DNA of 64,000 bases, taken from assembly GCA_032718475.1 (NCBI GenBank), contig JAUCBJ010004813.1, positions 37,016 through 101,015 on the forward strand. Direction: 5' to 3'. The notes beneath the pieces were generated by a model. It ran no database searches. It was not told where the DNA came from and worked only from the letters and a program-made list of their open reading frames with translations. This stretch comes from Nemertoderma westbladi. Taxonomy: Eukaryota; Animalia; Xenacoelomorpha. Positions 17,471 to 28,967 of the stretch are shown here, in pieces. How positions within the stretch are numbered: the stretch's first letter is position 1; each line of letters opens with the position of its first letter. The position numbers and the translations under genes were made by a program.

Positions 17471-20400
17471 CGAATGCCAACTTGATGTTGCAAGACCTTC
17501 CACGAAACCTGGTTATAGGGGCTGGGTTTTCTAGCCTCCTCGTCTTCTATAGGAGCCTCGTGGGTAAGAGCCCGATAGATGGCTGCGTTGATCATATAAC
17601 ACGTTTCATTTTCATTGGAGAACTCATAAGTATAGAAGCCGTCCATTTCTGAGCTGTGATCGGTATCATTTACGTCACTGAATTGAACGTGTACATCTGG
17701 TTCACTTACCTAGTCGAATTCACTGTGCGGCAAAGAGTGGTGTTTAGCTCCATACTTAGCACACTTGGACTCTGAATAACAGGTCCTTCACTGATGTCCT
17801 GTCCTCAGGCAGTTGTAACATAACCTTTTCTCGAAAGCTACGTTATGTCTTCCCTTAAGATCTTTCCTTAAGAAGGCCTCACACTTACGCAGACAGTGGG
17901 ATTCCTCACACACTACGCATTTAGCTGGCTGAAGTTTTTCACCTTTAGATAATACAGACTTTTGTATGTTATCTTAATAATATTCATTAAACAGTATTCA
18001 CTTCATCTCATCTCCATTGAATTTTACTACCTCTCCCACTGATACCACTTGGCGGGCCTCTGTTCTGGCCATCTGATGGGTGAAACTCTCCTGAGCCATT
18101 GTATTATTAATATGGAATTATCTGAATACGTATTATGAGGATAATTTGAAGGAATATAAGGAGTATCATTACAAGTTTGTTTGTATATTGATGTTATTTT
18201 TGATAGGGGTTTCAACACCACTAGCAGTATATATGCATTTAGGATTTATATTATTATTACATGTATTTAGCAGTTTATATGCCTGTCTTCCTACCTCTCT
18301 CTGCCTTTTTTCGAACCGCCACTCCTCAGACTTCGCCGACGGTGCGACTCTGAGAGGTTGGGTCTGCTGAAAGACGGCAGCCACGGGGGACAATCCTCCC
18401 CCAAAGGTGACTCTCTGCCCCTGGGAATTAGCAGCATTCATCGTGAGTCAGCTGCTAGTCAGGTGTAGATTAGTTCTCTCTATGGGGAATTTCGAATTCG
18501 GTTCTAATATTAAGGGCGTTTCAGATATAGGGACAGTTCTAACGACATGCCTATTTAATTCTGGCTCATCTAAGATGGTAGGAACCCTACCGGGCGGGAT
18601 ATTTGCCTGTGCTATATCGCCAGACCTCAAGTCAGGATCAGCCAACTCTCTTTTGCACTGGTACTGTAGGAGCAAGTTAGGCACCTTGCGTCCCAACGGG
18701 GCTTGTCTGCGCCCATTTGAGCTAAATCGATAACTCCTGCAGTCGGATTCCATGGTAGTGCCTTCATCCGAATAGGTGATGAATCCCTATTTCTTAGGAG
18801 CCACTTTGTTCCTGATATTTGTTTTGGCTGCTTCTACCTGTTTTCTTTTTAATTCCTGCCATTCTTTAATTGCTTCTAGTTCTAATTCCACTAACTTTCT
18901 TGTCTGTTCCATGTGACCGGGTTTTGTCTAGGTTCGATACGCGTCGCCGTGTCCGCTTACTGTGGCTGAATGACTGAAGGTTGAAGGTTGAAGGCCGGTT
19001 ATGATAAAGGAGTTTGGTGTTAATGCTGTTAATCTCTCATAAGTATACAAGTACCGGTAGTAATCAGTACAACAGTAATCACAATGATAGCATACAACGA
19101 TGGCGATGGTTGAAAACCGTCCAACTTCTGCTCACCCAATATACCAACTAAAGTACGATTATAGTAACGGTTATATATTACATGGGACACATTAATTACC
19201 TAGGTTTGGCCAACCAGTGGACACGCTGCAATTGGACACATGCTGTCCATGGTTGATCTATCCCCTTGGCCACGACTTCCGGGTCAAATCCCATTGTCCG
19301 CGCTACCCTATCACCTACACTATCTCTCCCAGCATGGCCTATAGTATGTACAGTAAGACCTACAGTATGTCCTGCAGTCTGTACGTGTTCCTCGCGATCG
19401 AAGTTTAATCTTCTCGAATATTCCGAGAACTCCTCCCCACGACTAACATATTGTCGATTGGCAGCTACGTTCCGACGGGAAGTTTCCCTTCGATGTCTTC
19501 TTCTCTCAATCTCCTCGTCCCGGTACACTCTGTACCCCTCTCTCGGTGTATAATATACATCACCGGGCTGTGTTCCTCCGGGGCGATGGCAATCTCCCGA
19601 AGACAATCCCACCGGCGCTATCTCTCTACTTCAAGTATCGACAGTTCACTGTCCGTCCTATCTCGATATTTCCAGTTGCCCGTAGCAACATTTCCTCGCT
19701 CATCTCTTCCGAATGGGTTCGGCGCTCCCCCCCCCCCCCCCCCACTGTGGTTCTTCATAAAAACTCCCCGAACCAGCTTCGCTCTCTTATAAACCCAGTT
19801 TCACCATTCTAACCGGCGTTATTGCTTGGCCTGATACTGCATTAACCCCCTCAACCGGGCGTGCATATCATCCCACATTCTTCTACCAGCCATCTCCCTC
19901 TCCCTTTCCTCTCTAATACTCTGATCGACAAACTCAGCCTCCCTCACCTCCCGCTCTTTGCGCTCGTTCACCTCTCTCTCAATCCTCGCTGCCTCCCTCG
20001 CATCCCACTCTTTGCGCTCGTTCACCTCTCTCCCAACCCTCTCTGCCTCCCACGCAGCCCTCTCTCTATACTCTCTTGCCACCCTCTCAGCCCTCTCTTT
20101 ATACTCTCTCGCTAATTCCCTTTCCATCTCTAACAACGCAGTTCTTCATTCAACTGCCTCTCTAACTCCTTTTGGTCTAATGCTGCTATGTCTAGCTGAC
20201 ACGCCAGATCTATCTCTAACACTCTCCTTGCTTTCACAGAGGGTGTAGCGGACTTTTCGGTTGAGACGGACTCCCGTCGCCTGTTGGTTCCACTAATTTT
20301 ATCGTGTCTGCTAGCGGTTTCACTAACGGATGAAGCCTAATCTTCCGGGATAACCTCGAGTTCGGCGTCGTTCGAACCCGCCCATCCCACTAACTTAACC

Positions 20401-20998
20401 CCCTGTGCATCCACCAGATAAAGCCCTACGTACACTACACCATTCGGTATAATCTCGGATCACCACAATTCAAACAGTTCCGTGGCGACCCCCCTCGCCC
20501 TTTCACTTGCCAGTTCCCCCTGCCCAAGTCGGACTAGGTGGTGAAAATGTTTATTACATTCACCGAGTCTCCGAGTTAGTTTGGGTTCGTCTACCTTTCC
20601 TCCTGTTCTCTCCTCCTCGACTTCCTGACCTTGTTTCCTCATCCGGTGTCGCACCATTGGTCCCAACGTTGCTGTTCCGGTGGGCCATTCGCCGCCTGTA
20701 GCCACCGACTGGCTGGTGATCCCGGTGCTCCTCTCGCCGCTTCTTGTCGACTCGCGTCTCTCTTTTTCTCGTACCCTTCCGCTCTCCTCCTCTACCACCA
20801 AATCGTCTCTCCTCGGCAAATCCGGTGTGGCGGGCCAGTACCGCCTCGTCGTCGCCTCCCGAATTGTTTGATCTCTATCGCTCAGGATGCGCGGCGGAGT
20901 TCCTCCCCTCTCCGAACCCTGGGGTGTATGTTCGCTCATCTCGTTGGCATATCGTCGCCACAGCTAATCTCGTAATTTCGTTTCCAACTCGAAGTTAG

Positions 20999-21008
20999 GG
21001 TTTTCAAC
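20999..21008 (-). promoter_or_regulatory. Putative self-priming PBS of family B (GTTGAAAACC on the minus strand)
   Basis: Abuts the LTR end and is complementary to LTR-internal 21220-21229. Confidence 0.55.
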
Positions 21009-21598
21009 TGTGACGGGATCCCTGAGTTGGTGAGGGAATCCCGGCTGGGTTTTGTCTTGGTTCGATACGCGTTGCCGCGTCCGCTTACTGTGGCTGAATG
21101 ACTGAAGGCCGAAGGCCGGTTATAATAAAGGAGTTTGGTGTTAATGCTGTATGGTGCTAATGGTTTTAATGTAATCAGTACAACAGTAATCACAATGATA
21201 GCAGACAATGACGGCGACGGTTGAAAACCGTCCGACTTCTGCTCACCCAATATACCAACTAAAGTACAATTGACAGAGTAACGGTTATATATTACATGGG
21301 ACACATTAATTACCTAGGTGTGGCCAACCAGTGGATGCGCTGCAATTTGACACATGCTGTCCCTCCATTGGTTGATCTATCCCCTTGGCCAAACCTACCT
21401 TCCCCTTGTTCCTATGCTAGCTTATACCCTGAGATGAGCTGTGCGCTGGCATCTCTCCCTGTGGCTGGCAGTGTGTATTGTTAGGTGCCAATTGTTAGGT
21501 GACATTATATTGGTAATGTCACCTAATCAACTTTAATTGGTAAAACGCCACTTTCCCCATTTTCTGCTGGGTAGTGCAGAGAATTGGATACGCTAACA
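21009..21598 (-). repeat. 5' LTR of family B element (590 bp)
   Basis: TG...CA ends; colinear with the TSD-flanked solo LTR at 56893-58689. Confidence 0.9.
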
Positions 21599-22669
21599 TT
21601 CCACTTCTGCTGACTTTCTTGTCCTCTCGGCTTCTGCTTCCACTGACTTTCTTGTCCTTTCAGCTTCTATTAACTCTCTCTTTATTATATTAGTATCTTA
21701 AATGGCTTTGAGGTCATCATCATCCATCTTGGCTAGCTCGGCCTCTTCCATCTCGACATCCAGTCCTTCTAACACTCTATTTGCTCCCTCACGATCGGGG
21801 GGGGGGGGGGGGGGGGGGGGGGTGGGGGGGGGGGCAGCTAGGCGTCGTCTCAACTCCTTATCTCCTATGAATCTCTGATAATCCAATAGATAAATATTAA
21901 TAGAGTCTTTCATAGTCCAATTGGCTGGAGCGTCCTGTATGGGCCAGATCCACTAAATTTTCGACTATGGCTTCCAGTATCTGCGTCAGCAAACTACTAG
22001 GGAGAATCAATAGAGGGCCTAGAGTTGGATCATCAGGGTCACGTGTAGAGGCAGCAGTTGAGGCTATCACTTGATAGGGATGTACTATTACTTCCCTATC
22101 CTCAATACTGATGGGTACGGCAAAAGCCATCTCCTCTGTACTGCAGAAACTTCTAATGTCACAGTGGCAGTCATCAGCCGGGTGTACTAGCTGGCCTGAG
22201 TTAGCAGTTACTGCCTTCCATCTTGCCAAGCCCTCATCCAATGAAGCAGGTGATGATGAGGCTTCTTCCCTACTTGCAGGCTCAGTAGACAGTTCCTTGG
22301 TTACTTGATCTCTTTTAACTTGTGCCATAGTACCTATAATATACATATGATGATCAACCAAATTAGGTTCCCTAAGGATAATCCATTTTTCCTTAGGGGA
22401 CTTTCTTACAGTAGGGGGTTTTTTGGCTCGCTCATCATCACCCTTGACTGAGCCACTATCAGGGTCACATACAGTATGGTCTAATATACTGTCAGACAAA
22501 GGACGTTTAGGGACAGACATATTAATGACTTAGAAACTAGTTGCCTATTAATATTACAGGAATACAGCAGTATGCTTGATATTAATTAGTGTTGAAACTG
22601 TTAAGCCTATAGTATAATAATAATTACTTACTTTATACTGTGGTATTAATATATCACATATAGCTAATA

Positions 22670-23305
22670 AGCCAGCTTGGATATTGCGTATAGCTTACAA
22701 AATGATTGGCCGAGTACTTAATCATGATTCTTTCGAATAATTAGCTAAATAATTTCGTTTAAGCTATTGGCATGATAAATTAATATCTCAGTATCAATAA
22801 CATTAAGTTAAGTAAGTGGTATATTTCTTACAAATTGTGACACCTCCACGCCTAAAATATTTAATACTTTATGAGTTTAACATGTTACCAATAACATGAG
22901 TTTATTGATTTCTTTGTTGGTTACGGAAATTAAACAATATGCGATCTTTAATTATTTTTTCTAGAAATTTGTGCTGTTTGTATATTTTTGTGAATCGCTT
23001 CTATAGTAGTTGTATTTTGTGTTATATTAAAAATAAATATAACATATTAGTTTTAAAACTCAAATTTTATGTTAATAGGCCTACCTTTGCCTTTCATCAA
23101 TCCTGTATGCGCCTTTGGGTTGGGGTTGTGCTGATTAAGAGGGAAGTTAAGAGGGGGAGGGGGGGGGGGGCTTTTCCCTCTCTTTGATTTACTGGTGTTT
23201 GGTTAAATATCTTAGATACCGAGTTTTTGATACAGTAGAATCGCTCAGTATTAATCTGTTTCTCATAACTGAATCTCGTGCTGCGCGAATGCAACACGAA
23301 CGTGT
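22670..23305. repeat. Dispersed repeat ending in a GC hairpin; second copy ~58935-59352
   Basis: Colinear similarity (GATTCTTT.GAATAA, TAGCTAAATAATTT, CTTTCCC.TCT, CTCGTGCTGCGCGAA.GCA.CACGAACGTGT). Possibly Helitron-like. Confidence 0.6.
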
Positions 23306-24017
23306 ACTGCGTCAATATAATACTGTACTGCGTCAATATTATACTGTACTGTGTCAATATTATACTGTACTGCGTCAATATTATACTGTACTGCGTCACT
23401 ATTATACTGTACTGTGTCAATATAATACTGTACTGCGTCAATATTATACTGTACTGTGTCAATATAATACTGTACTGCGTCAATATTATCCTGTACTGTG
23501 TCAATATAATACTGTACTGTGTCAATATAATACTGTACTGTGTCAATATAATACTGTACTGCGTCAATATTATACTGTACTGTGTCAATATAATACTGTA
23601 CTGTGTCAATATTATACTGTACTGCGTCAATATTATACTATACTGTATCAATATAATACTGAACTGCGTCAATATTATACTGTACTGTGCCAATATAATA
23701 CTGTACTGTGTCAATATTATACTGTACTGCGTCAATATTATACTGTACTGTGTCAATATTATACTGTACTGCGTCAATATTATACTGTACTGTGTCAATA
23801 TTATACTGTACTGTGTCAATATAATACTGTACTGTGTCAATATAATACTGTACTGCGTCAATATTATACTGTACTGTGTCAATATAATACTGTACTGTGT
23901 CAATATTATACTGTACTGCGTCAATATTATACTATACTGTACTGTGTCAATATAATACTGAACTGCGTCAATATTATACTGTACTGTGCCAATATAATAC
24001 TGTACTGTGTCAATATT
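23303..24017. repeat. 21-bp minisatellite, ~34 units
   Basis: Unit TGTACTGYGTCAATATWATAC; explains the ILTQYSI / LRQYYTV / ILYCVNI ORFs. Confidence 0.95.
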
Positions 24018-24619
24018 TAATCTGAATTGTGTCAATATTTTGCAGTATTTTTAAATATTGCAACCCCACTTCAAATATTGAATTTTGAGCCAGATATGAT
24101 GCTACTGTACACTGCCTGTAGGCCTTGTTGGTATACTGTATACAGTACAAAAAGGTAGCCACTGAACCGTCAACTCGTATCAAAGTCCAATTAGATACGT
24201 CCAAGAATTCAATCAATGAATCGAATGAAAAACTCAGATTGAGTTCGTCTAGCCAATTGCATTCCGTTTTACAATAGTTTTTAACCAATAGATTCAGAGG
24301 TTGTATCACCATATTGTATTTTATAAGCGATAAAAACTTTGTTTTTCATCTGATCATTTCAGAAGCTCCGCGCCATAATATTGATACCGTTAGTTAGGCC
24401 TTTAATGTAAGTCCCTGGCACACAGGGCTTTAATATGGAGTTACTTTTTTGTATTATTTATGTAGCATTACTATTTACCAATGCCGCAACGCAGGACAAC
24501 ATAGGCACTGATGGAAACCTGGCTAGCGGAAACAACCCAATATACAGGAATATCGTAGCCATACCGGAGACCCAATGTACCGGGATTGTTATCACGTAAG
24601 TACAAGGGGGGGGGGGGGG

Positions 24620-24860
24620 GGTAAATCAGTTTAATCAGTGCACGGCCTGCAATCTTTTGGTTAGAGGTTCGATCCCGCCAGGGTCCACTATGGCTTTAAT
24701 CCCATGGGGTCGATAAATTGAGGAGCAATGGAATTACTCGAAGCAAAACCTGGGATCTGAGTCGCGGCGCCCACCCCTTTGAGTAGATTCTATCGAATCG
24801 AAAGAGGTGCCTTCGGGTCGCCCCTTTCGGCTTCGCCCGACTGTTTGCTTACATTCTTGT
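24620..24860 (+). mobile_element. tRNA-derived SINE with Nin/Deu-like central domain
   Basis: B-box GGTTCGATCCC at ~24666, followed by GGCTTTAATCCCATGGGGTCGATAAATTGAG, which resembles the Nin-domain core. Boundaries approximate. Confidence 0.6.
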
Positions 24861-25552
24861 ACTTCAACTAAACTAATACAGCTGCACATTCAGAACCGAT
24901 CAACTCTATAGTTGATTTTAAATTTTCAAATTAAAAAAATTTTTAAATTAAACAATTTGACTTTCTTTAACCGCTTACAGTATGTACATTAGACCTATGT
25001 ACCATGACCTGTAATGGTACAACCATGACCTACTATAACATATGTAACATTTAACATGTACTATAACACTATGACCTACTATACTATAACTCTGTTATAG
25101 TAGGTCATGGTACAACCCCCCCCCCCCCCCTCCCCCCCTAATTTTCTGAAATTTGTATCATATTGCTGGACTAATTTCTATAATTAGAAAGCTTGCGTTG
25201 AAAGGATTCCAAATACAGTATGTAACAATGTCCTGGTTTCATACCTAGAGAAACAGCTGAGATATAGGAGTTCAAAGATTGGAGGAATGGCTCATTCCAT
25301 GCAAATGTCAATCGCAGTGCCAAGTTTGAAAAATGTGAATTATTGCTTCTCATGTCAATTTTCAGAACCAATATATGATGCGACTTACAAATTTAACTCA
25401 AAAACCCGCATCAAAAGTGGTGAACTTTCTGAAATCTGGTGTTATTCGTCCTTAACTCTAAAACTACAAAAAAATAGTGAACATAGTATGACACCCGCGA
25501 TTTATAAGTAGCTTTAGGCAGAAGAAATATCAAAGGAAGTAAGCGTTTATTT

Positions 25553-26322
25553 GGATAGATCTTTTTACAGAACACAAGCGAACACAGTAGAACACACCTG
25601 AACACGGTCCAAAAACTGCAGAACACAATCGAACACAGTCGAAAATAGAAAGAGCATAAAAAATAACACCGGGTACCGGTACCAACTTTTAGATAAAATT
25701 AGCCAGGCTTGGCTTTTCTATAAGTAAATTCCCGAAATTATTGAACAAAATTGTCGCGAAATTAAATATTCATTTCTTATCAGATCAGGCCTAGCCTAAG
25801 CCTACATCTCAACTAATAATTTAACATACTGTAGTAGTAGGCCTAAGTTAAGTGTGGTTAGCACTGGGTTGTACCGACGTATTGTACCGTACGTCATGTA
25901 CAGTACGTACGGTAACGGGCCTAACTTCTTATTTCATATCCTCAGCAATCAGTCGCAACTCAAGCTATTGCAGTACACAGGCAAACAGGCCTATTAGCTA
26001 ACCCGCTATTACTATATATGTGACAGGTACGGTACCCGGTAGGCTTCCCTACATAGTTTGTTATACAGTACAGCAGTACAGAACAAATGATAGGCCTTCC
26101 TGATAAGAAATGAATATTTAATTTCGCGACAATTTTATTCAATAATTTCGGGAATTTACTTATAGAAAAGCAACGCGAGGCGAATTTTTACATAAAAGTT
26201 GGTACCTGGTGATATTTTTTGTGCTCTTTCTATCTTCGACTGTGTTCGATTGTGTTCGGCAGTTGGATTGTGTTCGGGTGTGTTCTTGTGTGTTCGCTTG
26301 TGTTCTGTAAAAAGATCTATCC
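25553..26322. mobile_element. MULE-like MITE with ~230-bp terminal inverted repeats
   Basis: TIRs GGATAGATCTTTTTACAG...CATTTCTTATCAG (25553-~25783) and its reverse (~26100-26322). Flanked by a 9-bp near-duplication CGTTTATTT / CGTGTATTT. Confidence 0.8.
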
Positions 26323-26428
26323 CGTGTATTTAGATAGAAGAACCTCAACTGGGATAATCATAACAGACATAATAACTTCATATCAATTTCTGATATATTA
26401 AGACACTTTGAAAAAATGCATGAAGATC

Positions 26429-26756
26429 ACTGTATAACATTGGAGGTGTCTCATTGGTTCCCCCAAGCTTGACACTAGAACAAAATCGCCTCCGCTTTGC
26501 AGGACATTGCTTTCGCCGTGAGGACCAGCCAGTGCATAATCTTGTACTTTGGCAGCCTCATGGAGTGAATAAGCATGGTGGACAGCCCATGACTTTCTTG
26601 AGACGCATCTTAAAGGACACTGGCCTTGAAGATGCGGATGATCTAGCAAATGTCATGGGTGATAGGGAGTTGTGGCGGTGCAATTTTGTTGACAAGCCGG
26701 CACAGCATTCTTAAAAATGCAGCTGCAATGCAGCATGCCGATCCTAGTAGTAGTAG
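26429..26756 (+). mobile_element. RTE-clade LINE 3' fragment with (TAG)n tail
   Basis: Near-identical to the 3' end of 31220-32229 (RLRFAGHCFRR). Confidence 0.9.
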
Positions 26757-27027
26757 TTTAATTACCTATAAACATTAAACGCTACCGATTTCAATGCTAG
26801 CTAGCGATTTTGCAAGTTAGCTAATTATTTTTTGAAAAAGCAACTTCAAGAACAAGCTACTACAAAAAAATAGCGTTTATGGGTACACATACTATCTAAT
26901 ATTTTTTTACTAGCTATTTTTAAGCAGTTTTTTTTTGCATATGACAATGTTCTAGAACATATCCCGCGGCAAAAAAATATATTAATTTTTTTATGGTATC
27001 TAGTATTTTTTGTCTAGCTAGATAATG

Positions 27028-27440
27028 TGTTTGGTACACACCTATTTCAATTTTTTGGCAAAAATTGTTAATAAAAAAAAATGAATGAATGAATTTCGCA
27101 GATATAGGTGTGTACCAAACGCAAAAGTGACTCACTTTAGTATTGCGTTTGGTACACACCAATTTATTAAGAAAAAAGACAATTTTGGGTATTTTTTATA
27201 AGAATGTAGAAAATTTAAGGAAAAGAAAAACATCAATTGTAATTGGATAAATATAAAAAAAAAATAACTAATTAAGAGAAAGTTGCATATAAAAGAATAA
27301 GAAATAAATAAATATTCTAAAATAATATTCTAGAATAAAAAATAATCGAGTATCTAAGCTACAATTAACTATAATAAATAGTACAATGTAATAAAAATTA
27401 AACTTTGAAAAAAATTGAAATAGGTGTGTACCAAACGCAA
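27028..27440. repeat. AT-rich element with inverted GTTTGGTACACACC repeats (possible MITE)
   Basis: GTTTGGTACACACCTATTTCAATTTTTT at the left, its reverse complement at ~27410-27437, plus an internal inverted pair at ~27105-27160. Confidence 0.5.
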
Positions 27441-27690
27441 TAGAGCCAGCTAGTTTTTTTAATAAAATTTACTAGCTATTTTTAAGCGCAGTTTTATTTT
27501 TTTCAAAAAATAAAAGATGCAGTATGACATTCTAGAATATTTTGTTACTTGCAAAGTAAAAAACTGACACTAAACAATAACTGGAATTGAAAAGAGTAAA
27601 TTAAAAGATGGAAGAAATCCATTCATGGAGATAATAAAGAAATAACAGCAACCTACCCTGTTGATTAAATCATACTGTTTAAATATTTAT

Positions 27691-28953
27691 ACTAGAAAGG
27701 CATTTCCTAAAGGAAATGCAACCACGAAGCTAAGGAAAATTAAACACTATTTGACTCATCACTTCATTGCTTTACAGAGTTAAGAGGCATATGCCTTAAA
27801 AACTCATATTACAATGGCAACCGGAATTTTCTAGAACTGCTGAGGATTACATTAAGATCCGGTTTGTGGTTCCAGGTGACACATACTTCAATTCAGTTTC
27901 ATTGAGTAGTTAATGTGTAAAACAAAGGATTTAATTGTTAAAACGTCTGTTTGTAGTGGTTGTCATGGAAACTGAAAAATGGAACAATTTAAATTGGATG
28001 CGGAATTAGTGATATAGTGGGGGTAGGGATTGGTCCCAAGTCGAATACCTTAAAGTTACGCTTCAAATAACCATTTTATAAATTTGAACATCTGTTTAGC
28101 ATGGTTGCCCTAGTAACTAGATTTTTTAATTAACCTCAATAAGCTCGACTATTGTCCTTATCATTGAGTTGAGAAACCCCAAGTTTATATCTATTGCGGT
28201 TATTCTATAAATAGAGTTATGAATATAGACTTGAATGATATAATCTGTAATAAACTCCAGTTACCACGGTAACTAGATATTTCTGGAATGTTTTTTAGTT
28301 TCACTAAAAGTTCCAACTAGTGGTCTAGTTAACACATAACCAGTTTCGTAAAATTTTATAGCGAAGTCTATGTCCAAATGAGTAATTTTTGTATAAAAAC
28401 ATCTGTTTACAGCGGTTGTCATGGTAACTGCAAAATAGAACAATCAAATTCGGACGCAGAATAAGTTATATAGTGGGGGTAGGGGTTGGTCCCAAGTCAT
28501 AACACCTTATCCTTAGGCTTCAAATTAACATTTTATAAATTTTAACATCTGTTTAGCCCGGTTGCCAAGGTAACTGGATTTTCTATTTAACCTCAATCGG
28601 CTCTGTTATGGACCTTATAGTTGAGTTGAGAAACCCCAAGTTTATATCTATTATAGTTTTCCTACAAATAGAGTTATAAATATTGACTTGAAATACATAG
28701 ACTTTTTTCTAAGTCCGTTGCCATGGAAACCAGATTTTTCCTGGATATGAGACCCAGTCCAAAAGATGCGCCTCGACGAGTAGTATATACATGCAAAATT
28801 TCAGGGTACTTTTAAAGGCTACATAGTTTTTTCACCTATCAAAAAAAAACTAATCTGCCCCATACAAGTAAAATAGCCCACTATGAATAGACCATCTCAG
28901 CTAAGGAAAATCTTTCTTAGCGAAAGTAGTTGATTTTCCTTAGCTTCGTGGAT
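27691..28953 (-). mobile_element. HINE/DINE-1-like (Helentron-associated) non-autonomous element, copy 1
   Basis: Subterminal inverted repeats CCACGAAGCTAAGGAAAA / TTTTCCTTAGCTTCGTGG, a partial internal IR, a terminal hairpin GCATTTCC-TAAA-GGAAATGC next to ACTAG, and an internal ~460-bp duplication. Confidence 0.7.
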
Positions 28954-28967
28954 AGTTAAATATAAAT

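Larger units (their letters stand above)
18912..21598 (-). mobile_element. LTR retrotransposon family B, internally deleted (gag-like remnants only); superfamily not determinable
   Basis: 5-bp TSD TTCCA (18907-18911; 21599-21603). Complete LTR at 21009-21598, partial LTR at 18912-~19272. Minus-strand charged/coiled-coil ORFs at 20460-20939, 19819-20136 and 19196-19612. Confidence 0.85.
17471..22520 (-). pseudogene. Degenerate gag region of an older, diverged BEL/Pao relative of family A, interrupted by family B and cut by copy 1
   Basis: Minus-strand peptides MSVPKRPLSDSILDHTVCD, INIYLLDYQRFIGDKELRRRL, RVPTILDEPEL, IYTASGVETPI and MDGFYTYEFSNENETCYMINAAIYRALT are colinear with the 2717-aa Gag. 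Many stops and deletions. Confidence 0.9.

Noticed and set aside
20941-20960. TGGCGACGA (minus strand) as the canonical tRNA PBS of family B
   Set aside because: Lies ~48 nt from the TSD-defined LTR end rather than adjacent to it; kept only as a caveat to the self-priming call.
21795-21835. Long poly-G/C runs (also ~19726, 24606, 25115, 59649) as functional G-quadruplex elements
   Set aside because: Homopolymer expansions in decayed sequence; lengths are unreliable and not conserved in the intact homolog.
23097-24035. Long repetitive ORFs (312, 278, 225 aa) or a CRISPR-like array
   Set aside because: Stop-free translations of a 21-bp minisatellite; no unique spacers, and the context is eukaryotic.
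28025-28050. GGTCCCAAG motif suggesting a twister ribozyme in the HINE subrepeats
   Set aside because: The flanking stems and pseudoknot partners required for twister could not be found.
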